From NCBI GenBank assembly GCA_947085205.1, contig CAMTVO010000043.1:1-56855 (forward strand): a stretch of 56,855 nucleotides of DNA. The letters are read 5' to 3'. Every line of letters begins with the position of its first letter. The first letter of the stretch is position 1. The stretch is from an uncultured Nitrospiraceae bacterium. GTDB taxonomy: Bacteria; Nitrospirota; Thermodesulfovibrionia; Thermodesulfovibrionales; Dissulfurispiraceae. Below the pieces are notes generated by a model. That model made no database searches and was not told the DNA's origin. It saw only the letters and a program-made list of their open reading frames with translations. The position numbers and the translations under genes are program-made. Below are positions 49,743-56,855 of the stretch, in pieces.

Positions 49743-50153
49743 TTATAACCTCCTTTCTTTGATTTGTTTTATCAAGACATTCAGGGCCGCTTTTATGCCG
49801 GCCTTTACTCCCAAAACCCTCAGGTTTACTCCTCCCCTTAAATCGCTTACAATACCGCTGAGCGCCTTCACATTATCGACAATCTCATACACTGCGCTGG
49901 AAAAGTTTCTCACATTCTCTGTTGCAGTTCCTACATCATCGCTGACTTTTCTCAGGCTTTTAAGCGTATGTTCTGTCTCCTCGAGGACGGGCTGTATTCT
50001 TTCTTCTGTATTCTTCAGGAATTCTCTAAAAGAAGCCGCCGCCCTTCTTATTTCCACAGAGGCGTAGATAAGGAAACCGATTACTGTTAGAAAGCCGAGT
50101 GCCATTATAAAAAAACCGAGACTCATGATTATTATCCACGACTGGCTATCCAT
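49743..50153 (-). CDS. DUF948/YoxC-like membrane coiled-coil protein
   Basis: N-terminal TM plus coiled coil, directly upstream of the YtxH gene. Confidence 0.7.
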   Translation of the reverse strand: MDSQSWIIIMSLGFFIMALGFLTVIGFLIYASVEIRRAAASFREFLKNTEERIQPVLEETEHTLKSLRKVSDDVGTATENVRNFSSAVYEIVDNVKALSGIVSDLRGGVNLRVLGVKAGIKAALNVLIKQIKERRL

Positions 50154-50230
50154 CCTGCCTCCTTTATAAGAAAGTATATCATATAGTCCTTATTTTATCC
50201 CAGATTACGCAAATATTACATTTATATTTT

Positions 50231-51094
50231 CTATCTCCCATCGCCGCTCCCTATCATGTATCTCGAAAATGCCTTATCGCCCTGCACTATGTCCATCACT
50301 TCCACAAGAATATCCACAAGGTCGTTCTCGGATAATGCAAGGATGTTCCATCCGGCCTCATCAAGCAAAGGCACAAAAGGGTCTCCGATGTAAGAGACGC
50401 CGATGCCCTTTACGATAATATCCGAAAGATGGACGATTGCCGTCTCTTTTTTATGCCCGGTGCACATGCCCGGCTTGTGGTGATAAGCTATAAGATCTTT
50501 TATTATTGCCGGAAGATTCCATGTATCGGCAAGCCACAATCCGACATCGTCGTGAGTGATGTTGATGATACTCCGCTCGGCATCCAGTATAGTTATGCAT
50601 TTTGTTTTCACTTCAGCCTCGATTGCGCCGGATTCGTCAGGAAGCTGTTTCTTTATGAGCACCTTTCCTATGTCGTGAAGCAGCGCTCCGGTCATTATCT
50701 CCTCGATTGTTATCAGATTAAATCTCTTTGCCAGAAAACCTGCAACCGTCGCGCAGCAGTAAGAGTGGTCCCACAAGCCCGGAAGCTTTCTATCCGCAAC
50801 GTCGAACAGGGATGTGCTGAGTATTATGCCCCTTATGAGATTAGAGCCGAGCAATATCACCGACCTCCTGATTGTCGCCACATCGCTGTAAAGGCCGTAG
50901 AAAGGGGAATTGATGAGCTTCAACACCTTGCTGGATAAAACCTGATCCTTCTCTATAAGCTTGCTTACATCGTCTACCGAGTAGTTTATATCCTCCATGA
51001 GCTTAAGTATCCTGCTGTGTATTGCAGGAATAGTAGGGAGGTCTTTTATATTGAAGAGTCTACTATTAATGGATGAATTAATCTGCATATTCAC
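50231..51094 (-). CDS. HDOD domain protein (paralog of 16857-17693)
   Basis: LPTIP, DQVLSSKVLKLINSP, WDHS, LLHDIGK, WNLP, YHH. Confidence 0.9.
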   Translation of the reverse strand: MNMQINSSINSRLFNIKDLPTIPAIHSRILKLMEDINYSVDDVSKLIEKDQVLSSKVLKLINSPFYGLYSDVATIRRSVILLGSNLIRGIILSTSLFDVADRKLPGLWDHSYCCATVAGFLAKRFNLITIEEIMTGALLHDIGKVLIKKQLPDESGAIEAEVKTKCITILDAERSIINITHDDVGLWLADTWNLPAIIKDLIAYHHKPGMCTGHKKETAIVHLSDIIVKGIGVSYIGDPFVPLLDEAGWNILALSENDLVDILVEVMDIVQGDKAFSRYMIGSGDGR

Positions 51095-51099
51095 TGTAT

Positions 51100-51390
51100 C
51101 TAAATTAGAAGTTCCTTGATTATGTCCTTTATCTTCAAGACAGCGGGATGAGAGCCTGCGGCGCAGAACCTCTTGTCTATCTCCTTAAACGAACCTTCCG
51201 AGCCGGCGTTTTCCCTCTTTACCGGACAGCCTTCTACGACGACCTTCTTTATATCCCTATTGTTCAATATGACGATATGCCTTTTTGTAAGCTCTACGCC
51301 TTTGAGGAACAAGATATTACCGTCTTTATCCTTTACCGTAGCGGCAAGTATCATGGAGGGTTTTACTTCGTCAATGTCCAGTTTCTGCAT
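51100..51390 (-). CDS. Small protein, paralog of 17696-17992
   Basis: VKPSMILA..V.DKDGNILF.KG.ELT...I..L pattern. Confidence 0.7.
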   Translation of the reverse strand: MQKLDIDEVKPSMILAATVKDKDGNILFLKGVELTKRHIVILNNRDIKKVVVEGCPVKRENAGSEGSFKEIDKRFCAAGSHPAVLKIKDIIKELLI

Positions 51391-51512
51391 TTGGCACCCT
51401 ATTTTAGCTGAGATTTATAAATTTTACCATGTTTTAACCAAAAATCAACAAAAAATTGATTTTCATGAGGCAGGTATGCGTGCGGTAAAGAGATTTACAA
51501 GCAGTTATTTGA

Positions 51513-52082
51513 TTAATTATGCCTTGTCATCTTATAGACATGAATTATTCTCTGGATTGCGGTAGCGTGGCCCAATAGGAACAATATCAAAATCACCGGA
51601 AATAGCCAGCCCGTTATACAGCCTAAGGCCAAAAGCGCTACCCTTTCGGGCCTCTCCATCAGCCCTACATTGCATTGAACGCCTATGCCTTCGGCCCTCG
51701 CCCTAACATAGCTTATCAACAATGCGCCTACAAGGCTGCCTGCGGTAAATATCACGCCTGCCAGATTATCATTATTGAAGAAATACCATGCTATTGCAAT
51801 AAAAATAAAGGAGTCTGAATATCGGTCGAGGGTGGAGTCGAGTATCGCGCCGAATTTCGTGTTTTTGCCGTTTGTGCGTGCAACGATTCCGTCGAGCATA
51901 TCGAAAAAGCCTCCGAGGAGTATCAAAAGTCCTCCGGTGGTGAGGTTGTAAGGGATGCTGACTGCAGCGGCGGTGGTAATCAAAAAGCCGAGCATGGTCA
52001 GGATATCTGGACTTACTGATATTTTCTTTGCAATGGGTGCAAGGGGCTTGTCGAGGAAATGTCCGAGCTTAGCGCTTATCAT
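51513..52082 (-). CDS. CDP-alcohol phosphatidyltransferase, PI(P)/AIP synthase-like
   Basis: DMLDGIVAR...GAILDSTLDRYSD, SYVRARAE, ERPER; downstream of ino1. Confidence 0.85.
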   Translation of the reverse strand: MISAKLGHFLDKPLAPIAKKISVSPDILTMLGFLITTAAAVSIPYNLTTGGLLILLGGFFDMLDGIVARTNGKNTKFGAILDSTLDRYSDSFIFIAIAWYFFNNDNLAGVIFTAGSLVGALLISYVRARAEGIGVQCNVGLMERPERVALLALGCITGWLFPVILILFLLGHATAIQRIIHVYKMTRHN

Positions 52083-52093
52083 ATTAACTCTCC

Positions 52094-53233
52094 CTACCTA
52101 TCCCTTTTGCCTGCGATAAACTCCTCTACCATTTCCCTCGCGTCTTCGTCTGTAAACTGCATCATAGGATGTTTCATAAAATAGGCGGAAGGCGAAGTCA
52201 AAACGCCTCCGATGCCCCTGTCCTTTGCGATTTTACAGCATCTTATGGCATCTATAACAACGCCTGCGCTGTTCGGAGAGTCTTCAACGGACAATCTCAT
52301 TTCAAGATGCATTGGTATATTGCCGAATCCCTGCCCCTCTATCCTCAGGAAGCATACCTTATTGTCATTCATCCACGGCACATAATCCGAAGGTCCTATG
52401 TGTATATTGTCATCCGTCAGTTTATGCGTAACCTGCGACTGTACAGCCTCTGTCTTAGATACCTTTTTGGATTTCAGCCTGCTGTGGTTTAACATGTTCA
52501 GGAAGTCCGTATTGCCGCCTACATTCAACTGGTAGGTGCTGCTTATCTTTACGCCCCTGTCCATAAATAATTTTGTAAGCATCCTGTGGATTATGGTCGC
52601 GCCTATCTGGGATTTTATATCGTCGCCGATTATTGGAATCCCCTTTTCTTCAAATCGCTTTATCCATGCATTATCCGACGCTATAAACACAGGGATGCAG
52701 TTGATGAACGCAACGTCTGCCTCGAGGCATGCCTGTGCATAATATTTTGCGGCATTCTCCGACCCCACCGGCAGATAGTTAATCAGCATGTCTGCTCCGC
52801 TTTCTTTCAGAACCTTTGCAACATCGCAAGGCTTTTCATCAGCGGCAATGAATCTCCTTTCATCAGGATAGTCCGACATGTGCGGTGATACGCCATCGAG
52901 GATCTCGCCCATCTGTACCGTTACTTGATAGTCCGGAATATCAGGATAAAAAATCTTTGTGCAGTTCGGCCTTGCAAAGACCGCTTCTTTCAGCGGCTTG
53001 TTTACCTTTCTGACATCTACGTCAAAGGCAGCCGCCACCTCTATGTCTGCAGGCATGTATCCGCCGAGGTTGTGATGCATCAATCCATTGGATATTTCGG
53101 GGGATATATCAGGGCTGTCGGCCCTCAGAGACTTGTAGTATTCTATTCCCTGAATCAGAGAGCTTGCGCAGTTACCGACTCCAGCAATCGCAATTCTTAT
53201 CTTACCCGTATTTTGGCCCGTATTTTGGCCCAC
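52094..53233 (-). CDS. ino1: Inositol-3-phosphate synthase
   Basis: [48 protein letters not shown]. Confidence 0.94.
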   Translation of the reverse strand: MGQNTGQNTGKIRIAIAGVGNCASSLIQGIEYYKSLRADSPDISPEISNGLMHHNLGGYMPADIEVAAAFDVDVRKVNKPLKEAVFARPNCTKIFYPDIPDYQVTVQMGEILDGVSPHMSDYPDERRFIAADEKPCDVAKVLKESGADMLINYLPVGSENAAKYYAQACLEADVAFINCIPVFIASDNAWIKRFEEKGIPIIGDDIKSQIGATIIHRMLTKLFMDRGVKISSTYQLNVGGNTDFLNMLNHSRLKSKKVSKTEAVQSQVTHKLTDDNIHIGPSDYVPWMNDNKVCFLRIEGQGFGNIPMHLEMRLSVEDSPNSAGVVIDAIRCCKIAKDRGIGGVLTSPSAYFMKHPMMQFTDEDAREMVEEFIAGKRDR

Positions 53234-53256
53234 TTTAAGCTCCTTTAAACTCTTTA

Positions 53257-53353
53257 ACAGTGCGACAGAACGATAGTGCGACAGTCAAATTATGGAAAAA
53301 TTTATTCCTTATAAAAAACTGTCGCTCTGTTGCTCTGTCGCACTGTCGCTCTA
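53257..53353. repeat. Inverted octamer arrays (GACAGWGC)n...(GCWCTGTC)n
   Basis: acagtgc gacagaac gatagtgc gacagt, AT-rich spacer, actgtc gctctgtt gctctgtc gcactgtc gctcta. Confidence 0.85.
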
Positions 53354-53358
53354 AATAA

Positions 53359-53769
53359 TCAATCTTTTATCTCTATATGTCTCGGCAGATCCTTAATCTT
53401 CTTCGGAAGAATTATTTTCAAAATACCGTCGTTAAGGGCTGCCTTTATATTGCCCTGATCGACATCTCCGGGCAAGAGGAACGACCTCGAAAACGAACCG
53501 TATGCCCGTTCCACCTGATAATAGCTTCTCCCCTCGCAATTGAATTTCCTCTCGCCGTTAATCCTAAGAATATTTCCCTCCGCCGTAATATGAATATTGG
53601 ACTCTTTGACTTCGGGCAATTCAGCCTTTACCACGAACTCTTCAGCCGTCTCGTAAATATCGACAACAGGCGCCCATACGGAAGAGCCTGCCGCGCCTCT
53701 GCTGCACTGAGGAATTTCAAAAAGCTTATCTATCCTTTCCCTCAGCGAAAAGGGATCCCACTTTTCCAT
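53359..53769 (-). CDS. Hsp20/alpha-crystallin small heat-shock protein
   Basis: WAPVVDIYET, AELP, ERAYGSFSRSF.LP, DGILKI.LPK. Confidence 0.92.
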   Translation of the reverse strand: MEKWDPFSLRERIDKLFEIPQCSRGAAGSSVWAPVVDIYETAEEFVVKAELPEVKESNIHITAEGNILRINGERKFNCEGRSYYQVERAYGSFSRSFLLPGDVDQGNIKAALNDGILKIILPKKIKDLPRHIEIKD

Positions 53770-53879
53770 ACCTTTTCAATCCCCCTGCTCTACAACCATA
53801 AACAGAATTTTATAAATTAACTCATGCCCTTATGTCAAGGCATATGTCTGAATTGCTTGAATAACGGCCTGTTTCAGGC

Positions 53880-54626
53880 TCAGGCGATTCCATAAAAAGT
53901 TTCTTTTCTGAAGGCTCTCGGCGAGCCTGCAATATACCCTACATGGAAATTGATAATGTTTGCAACCTCTGACACAAAATATTCAGGCGCCTTTATCCTG
54001 CTGATGTTCGACAGATTCCATTTCTGCAGACTCCTGTAAAATTTCAGAGCGCTGCCGGAAATCCTTATGGAATCTTCCTTTCCGTCAATGCATCTTTCGC
54101 AGATTATTGAGCCGTGCGATACATAAAAGTTATGACTTCCATTTCCGCCGGCTCCGCATCTGCCGCATGTATTGAGCCTCGGCAGATAGCCGGAAAGCTC
54201 AAGGAATCTGATTTTGTAATAAAGGTAATACAAGCTGTTGACGCAGTCTGATTCGAGCTTCACGAGCGTATCTAAAAGCAGCTTGAAGGCCTTGAAGTTA
54301 GACTCCTTTTCCGGAAGAAACTTAAGAGTCATTTCAAGGATTTCAGCCACTCCAAGGAAACATTTCAGATTATCCCGCAGCGGATGGAAATTTTTTATTA
54401 TATCCGACTGTGTCAATCGCGGAAGATTTGCGTCCTCCTTGCCTATGAAAGAAATGCTCGAATAGGTAAGGGGTTCGAGACTGCTTCCGAATCTGCTCTT
54501 GATCTTTCTCGGACTCTTGGCAAATACCTTAAGCAGTCCGTAATCACGGGAAAGATATGTAACTATAAGGTCGGCTTCTCCGAAGACAGAGCTCTTTAAA
54601 ACAATTCCTTCTGTTCGTTTTAACAT
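53880..54626 (-). CDS. recO: DNA repair protein RecO
   Basis: TEGIVL...GEADLIV, KSRFGSSLEP, zinc finger CGRC..CERC. Confidence 0.92.
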   Translation of the reverse strand: MLKRTEGIVLKSSVFGEADLIVTYLSRDYGLLKVFAKSPRKIKSRFGSSLEPLTYSSISFIGKEDANLPRLTQSDIIKNFHPLRDNLKCFLGVAEILEMTLKFLPEKESNFKAFKLLLDTLVKLESDCVNSLYYLYYKIRFLELSGYLPRLNTCGRCGAGGNGSHNFYVSHGSIICERCIDGKEDSIRISGSALKFYRSLQKWNLSNISRIKAPEYFVSEVANIINFHVGYIAGSPRAFRKETFYGIA

Positions 54627-55079
54627 CTACATTATATTTCCGAAGTCTTCCGGCTTCAGATTTTTCAGCCACTCTTCAAGCTCATCCGCCATCTTGACTT
54701 CAAGCACGTTGTCCTCTACGAATATCGGCGCCTGCGCCCTCAATGCTACGGCGACCGCATCTGAAGGTCTCGAATCAATGGTTACCTCTCTCTTTCCATC
54801 GGTCGCATGGATATGCGCATAGTAGGTGTTATCGACTATCTCTGTAATGACTATCCTCATAATCTTAGCATTGAATCCGTCAAATACATTCTTAATCAGG
54901 TCATGCGTAAGCGGCCTCGGCGTGATTACCTTGCCGAGGGCAAGGGCGATGGAATCAGCTTCCGGTTTGCCTATCCATATCGGAAGGGTTTCGACTCCGT
55001 CCACCTGATGCAGCAGCAAGATATACATACCGCTTCTCGGATCAAACAGAAGGCCTTCGACTTTCATCTGTATCATCAT
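54627..55079 (-). CDS. Bifunctional nuclease family protein (DUF151)
   Basis: LPIWIG..EA.SI, RPLTHDL, DSRPSDAVAVA. Confidence 0.9.
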   Translation of the reverse strand: MMIQMKVEGLLFDPRSGMYILLLHQVDGVETLPIWIGKPEADSIALALGKVITPRPLTHDLIKNVFDGFNAKIMRIVITEIVDNTYYAHIHATDGKREVTIDSRPSDAVAVALRAQAPIFVEDNVLEVKMADELEEWLKNLKPEDFGNIM

Positions 55080-55969
55080 TATTTAAACCCCAATTCTTTC
55101 AGCGCCTGCTCTCTGTTGCGCCAATCCTTCTTTATCTTAACCCACAGTTCCAAAAATATCTTTGCGCCTAACAGTTTTTCTATTTCGAGCCTTGCATTCG
55201 TCCCGATAGTCTTCAATTTAGAGCCGCCTTTACCTATTATAATACCCTTCTGCCCCTCTCTTTCAACATAAATATTTGCATGGATAAGAATCACGCCATC
55301 TCCTCTTTCTGTCCATTGTGTTACATCAACGGCAACAGAATAAGGTATCTCATCCTCTGTCTGCTGGATAATCTTTTCCCTTATTATCTCCGAGACCATA
55401 AACCTCTCAATCTGGTCTGTGAGGATGTCGTCGGGATAATACTTGGGGCCTTCCGGAAGATAGTTTACAATTGTTTTAAGCAGAATATCGACGCCGTCGC
55501 CTTTAAGAGCGGATATCGGAATAACCTCATCAAAGTTGTAAAGCTTGCTGTATGCCTCGATAACAGGAAGCGCCTGAGGCTTTTTGACAGTATCAATCTT
55601 GTTAATCAACAGAAATACCGGCTTATTGAGGTCTTTCAGCAGCTCTATTATGAATTTATCCCCGCTGCCAGGCTCTTCAGGCTCAGCCATAAAGAGGACA
55701 ACATCCACCTCCTGCGCAGAGCCTCTCGCCTCTTTGACCATAAGCTCACCTAACTTATGCTTCGGCTTATGGATTCCGGGTGTGTCTATAAACACTATCT
55801 GAGCGTCAGGCAATGTCTTTACGCCGATTATCCTGTTCCTTGTCGTCTGGGGCTTTGAAGAGACAATGGCCACCTTTTCGCCGAGCATAGCATTAAGCAG
55901 AGTGGACTTGCCTACATTGGGCCTGCCTGTTAACGATACGTAACCGCTACGAAATTTTTCAAATTGCAT
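55079..55969 (-). CDS. era: GTPase Era
   Basis: GRPNVGKSTL, QTTR, DTPG, NKID, KH domain IIIGKGG. Confidence 0.96.
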   Translation of the reverse strand: MQFEKFRSGYVSLTGRPNVGKSTLLNAMLGEKVAIVSSKPQTTRNRIIGVKTLPDAQIVFIDTPGIHKPKHKLGELMVKEARGSAQEVDVVLFMAEPEEPGSGDKFIIELLKDLNKPVFLLINKIDTVKKPQALPVIEAYSKLYNFDEVIPISALKGDGVDILLKTIVNYLPEGPKYYPDDILTDQIERFMVSEIIREKIIQQTEDEIPYSVAVDVTQWTERGDGVILIHANIYVEREGQKGIIIGKGGSKLKTIGTNARLEIEKLLGAKIFLELWVKIKKDWRNREQALKELGFK

Positions 55970-55980
55970 ATTCTAATATC

Positions 55981-56268
55981 TTACCTGTTTCCCTCAATAC
56001 GTTTCTTCATCAACCTGTAGACTTCTTTTCTATGCCGGATGCCGATGATTAGCACATTTTGTTCCTCTATTAAAAATACCATCCTATAGTCGCCGACTCG
56101 CAGCTTCCAGTATCCTTTAAGTGTTTTCCTGAGCGGTTCTCCATATTCATAAGGAGCTACAGATAAGCGCGTTTCTATCGCAGTCCTGATACGTGATTTG
56201 ATATCGGCATTTAAAAGCGGAATATCATCGGTTCTGACGGCCTGATGATATTTAAGGGTATAAGTCAT
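55981..56268 (-). CDS. RelE/ParE-family toxin
   Basis: GEPLR..LKGYWKLRVGDYR...IRHRKEVY. Confidence 0.88.
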   Translation of the reverse strand: MTYTLKYHQAVRTDDIPLLNADIKSRIRTAIETRLSVAPYEYGEPLRKTLKGYWKLRVGDYRMVFLIEEQNVLIIGIRHRKEVYRLMKKRIEGNR

Positions 56269-56496
56269 TTAGCCCCACACTTCATCGTGCGATAATGCCT
56301 TTTTCCTGTTAAATGACTTCATCCGCTCATCAGCAAATGCCGCGAGGGCTGCGTCTTCTTTCAATTCCAAAGCTTCCTTGATCAGATCCCGCACCACCAT
56401 CGCCATAGAAACACCGCTGTCTTCCGCCATGTCATGAATAGCGGTATATAGCGGACGCTCAACAACTATATTTATTCTCGGATTCTTTGCCGGCAT
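56269..56496 (-). CDS. RHH-type antitoxin
   Basis: MPAKNPRINIV...SMAMVVRDLIKEAL...LSHDEVW; RBS GGAGGT; directly upstream of the toxin. Confidence 0.82.
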   Translation of the reverse strand: MPAKNPRINIVVERPLYTAIHDMAEDSGVSMAMVVRDLIKEALELKEDAALAAFADERMKSFNRKKALSHDEVWG

Positions 56497-56525
56497 AATT
56501 TTTACCTCCTTTGACCTTTGAATAT

Positions 56526-56554
56526 AGCGTAACACAAGTGGAACACTCTGTCAA
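56526..56554 (-). promoter_or_regulatory. TA operon promoter with probable RHH operator repeats
   Basis: TTGACA-17 nt-TACGCT; GTGTTCC and GTGTTAC repeats in the spacer. Confidence 0.55.
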
Positions 56555-56755
56555 ATGGGGGCTTGAGTGTTGTCTCCCCGCCATAGACATGCCTTGTATT
56601 ACTGCCCTCATAACTGCAATTGTATGCCCGGATTCAGTGTCCGTAAATCTCTCCTCCGCATTTTCATAAATTCTTTTTGGCAGGTCATATTCAATAGAAA
56701 ATGTACCTGTCCCCTTTTTGTTGTAATAGAAATAATCCGAGTTTTTCTCATTCAG

Positions 56756-56855
56756 TCAGATTTCCTTTTGCCAGTTGGGCATGTAATTCTCATCGTCATG
56801 CCAGTTTAAAGGATTATTGATAATGTATTCCCTTGTTTTGTTTAATTCTGCCTCA
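56756..56855 (-). CDS. C-terminus of an HUH/Y1 (RAYT-like) transposase (runs off the window)
   Basis: Manual translation EAELNKTREYIINNPLNWHDDENY...*; YIxxNP..W catalytic-Tyr motif. Confidence 0.7.
   Translation of the reverse strand, partial: EAELNKTREYIINNPLNWHDDENYMPNWQKEI

Noticed and set aside
53206..53231. 12-nt duplication giving [10 protein letters not shown] in ino1
   Set aside because: Simple local duplication in an N-terminal tail, with a different period from the 7/8-mer families
56567..56809. 80-aa plus-strand ORF
   Set aside because: Antisense to the transposase end and a gene fragment; no recognisable motif

Overview
About 57 kb of bacterial chromosome, mostly housekeeping genes. 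Gene content suggests an anaerobic Nitrospirota (Thermodesulfovibrionia-like) or deltaproteobacteria-like organism (inference). It carries secA, two PilT-family ATPases, glgB, aroC, ald, zapBA, trxA-ffh-rpsP-khpA-rimM-trmD-rplS-rnhB, hypF, a group 1 [NiFe] hydrogenase operon, dcd-pyrF, cytochrome c biogenesis system II, tsaD, tRNA-Ser(CGA), tadA, ino1 with a PI(P)-synthase-like gene, recO and era. Main highlights: (1) The hydrogenase large subunit is one 570-codon frame (32681-34390) in which BOTH N-terminal Ni-ligand Cys codons are TGA (R-I-TGA-G-V-TGA-T). A SECIS-like hairpin follows, the C-terminal DPCxxC stays Cys, and there is also one in-frame TAG. (2) A pervasive set of 7-mer/8-mer tandem arrays, often as inverted pairs, lies between genes and in frame inside conserved enzymes (8 sites in hypF). 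(3) An unassigned 195-nt structured RNA candidate starts 2 nt after the CCA of tRNA-Ser. (4) Mobile-element debris: an internally deleted integron integrase with a putative attI and a BrnT-toxin cassette, a doubly deleted IS30, MITEs, a Cas1-like fragment beside a lone CRISPR-like repeat, and a RAYT-like transposase at the right edge. All calls come from reading motifs by eye; no searches were run.
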